NCBI GenBank assembly: GCA_041906785.1
Contig: JAYRIM010000012.1
Span: 1-55,330 of the forward strand
DNA: 55,330 nucleotides
Reading direction: 5' to 3'
Source of the DNA: Candidatus Levyibacteriota bacterium
GTDB taxonomy: Bacteria > Patescibacteriota > Microgenomatia > Levybacterales > UBA12049
Made by a program: the position numbers and the translations under genes. Positions within the stretch are counted from its first letter, which is position 1. Each line of letters begins with the position of its first letter. This document shows positions 54,751 to 55,330 of the stretch, in pieces. The notes beneath the pieces are model-generated. The model was not told where the DNA came from, made no database searches, and saw only the letters and a program-made list of their open reading frames with translations.

Positions 54751-55086
54751 TTACCTACAAGTATCAAACCCAACTGCTGCAAAGTTAATGCATGGGACAC
54801 CGCTTACAAAGCTTACAAAGTTAATAATTGTAAAGGAAAGAAGGATAAGGATTAAGCCTACGATTGCAAATGTCATAGTTCTACGCGCAGATTCTAGCTT
54901 CTTCGCATCCCCTCCAGAATTAACTAATTGAATTCCTGCATAAATGAGGAAAAAAAGAGCAGTTCCGCCTGCAAACATAAGCCCACCATTTACAAGATAT
55001 TTAAGAACAACAGGAACACATCGCAGTGTGGCGACTTTGTCTCCTGGCGAAGAGCTAATTGGTTCTAAACAATCTCCCCAGTCCAT
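54751..55086 (-). CDS. VirB2/TrbC-like pilin candidate (two TM helices, four Cys)
   Basis: 111 aa with two hydrophobic helices separated by the polar loop 'NSGGDAKKLESARR'. There are Cys pairs near the N-terminus (C6, C23) and the C-terminus (C99, C110). Confidence 0.45.
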   Translation of the reverse strand: MDWGDCLEPISSSPGDKVATLRCVPVVLKYLVNGGLMFAGGTALFFLIYAGIQLVNSGGDAKKLESARRTMTFAIVGLILILLSFTIINFVSFVSGVPCINFAAVGFDTCR

Positions 55087-55161
55087 ATATCAAGTGTATC
55101 TATGATACGTGGAAAGTGCAAGTGCTTTGTCAATATCAATAAGAAGTTCTAAAAGAAGTTA

Positions 55162-55330
55162 TTAAGATCCGATAACATTAGAGAAGCTAGGTAAGTTAAG
55201 CGTATTGAGGCCACCGCCGAGGAAGAGGTTGACGACGATATTTAATAAGAAATATGCAGAGAAGGTGACTGCTAAACCGATAAGCGCTGCGACGATTTGA
55301 TTTCGAGCTGCTTCGACTTTTGCTTTATCT
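55162..55330 (-). CDS. Second VirB2/TrbC-like pilin candidate, C-terminal part only (5' end outside the window)
   Basis: Manual translation gives 'DKAKVEAARNQIVAALIGLAVTFSAYFLLNIVVNLFLGGGLNTLNLPSFSNVIGS*'. It has the same polar loop followed by a TM helix as the adjacent gene. Confidence 0.4.
   Translation of the reverse strand, partial: DKAKVEAARNQIVAALIGLAVTFSAYFLLNIVVNLFLGGGLNTLNLPSFSNVIGS

Noticed and set aside
1-55330. CRISPR arrays, rRNA genes and tRNA genes
   Set aside because: Every spacer longer than 60 nt was scanned by eye. No regularly spaced direct repeats of 25-40 nt were seen. No rRNA-like conserved blocks and no tRNA signatures were seen.

Overview
The window is AT-rich and gene-dense (about 60 genes, ~90% coding). 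It looks like a chromosomal segment of a small-genome bacterium, probably Candidate Phyla Radiation/Patescibacteria. That guess is from memory and rests on the compact sigma-70, the short ValRS, a DUF4012 protein and many insert-bearing housekeeping genes.

Coding features: TGA is an ordinary stop codon here, and several gene pairs show ATGA start/stop overlaps. The window spans the replication origin, with the classic jag-yidC-yidD-rnpA-rpmH <-> dnaA-dnaN arrangement and a cluster of TTATCCACA-like DnaA boxes. Other housekeeping genes:
- dnaG-rpoD
- purA
- comM/yifB
- ruvC-ruvA-ruvB
- rplY
- def
- valS
- fba-pgk, with pgi convergent

Accessory content:
1. A left-hand island (1-7.5 kb) holds six VOC/glyoxalase-fold paralogs plus a nucleotidyltransferase-fold gene, a glycosyltransferase, NUDIX, a DHFR-family gene and SemiSWEET.
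2. An island at 30.2-34.3 kb holds an APH-like kinase that is more G+C-rich by eye, a SpoT-type HD hydrolase-like gene, an AbiEii-like nucleotidyltransferase with a small partner, and an IS481/rve-type transposase broken by one in-frame TGA.
3. The most interesting item is a nine-gene minus-strand operon abutting dnaN (45.1-55.3 kb). It reads as a minimal Gram-positive-type (PrgI/PrgJ/PrgK-like) type IV secretion-like apparatus. Its parts are two VirB2-like pilins, a PrgI/VirB3-like protein fused to a beta-sandwich domain, a stand-alone VirB4-N-domain-like protein, a VirB4 ATPase with P/Q-rich tails, a 1217-aa bitopic protein ending in a lytic-transglycosylase domain, a CHAP hydrolase and two small anchored proteins that share a C-terminal domain.

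Non-genic structure: several short G+C-rich or low-complexity palindromic and tandem elements recur, some inserted in frame inside essential genes (valS in particular).

No rRNA, tRNA or CRISPR array was found. All family assignments come from motif recognition by eye; no searches were run.
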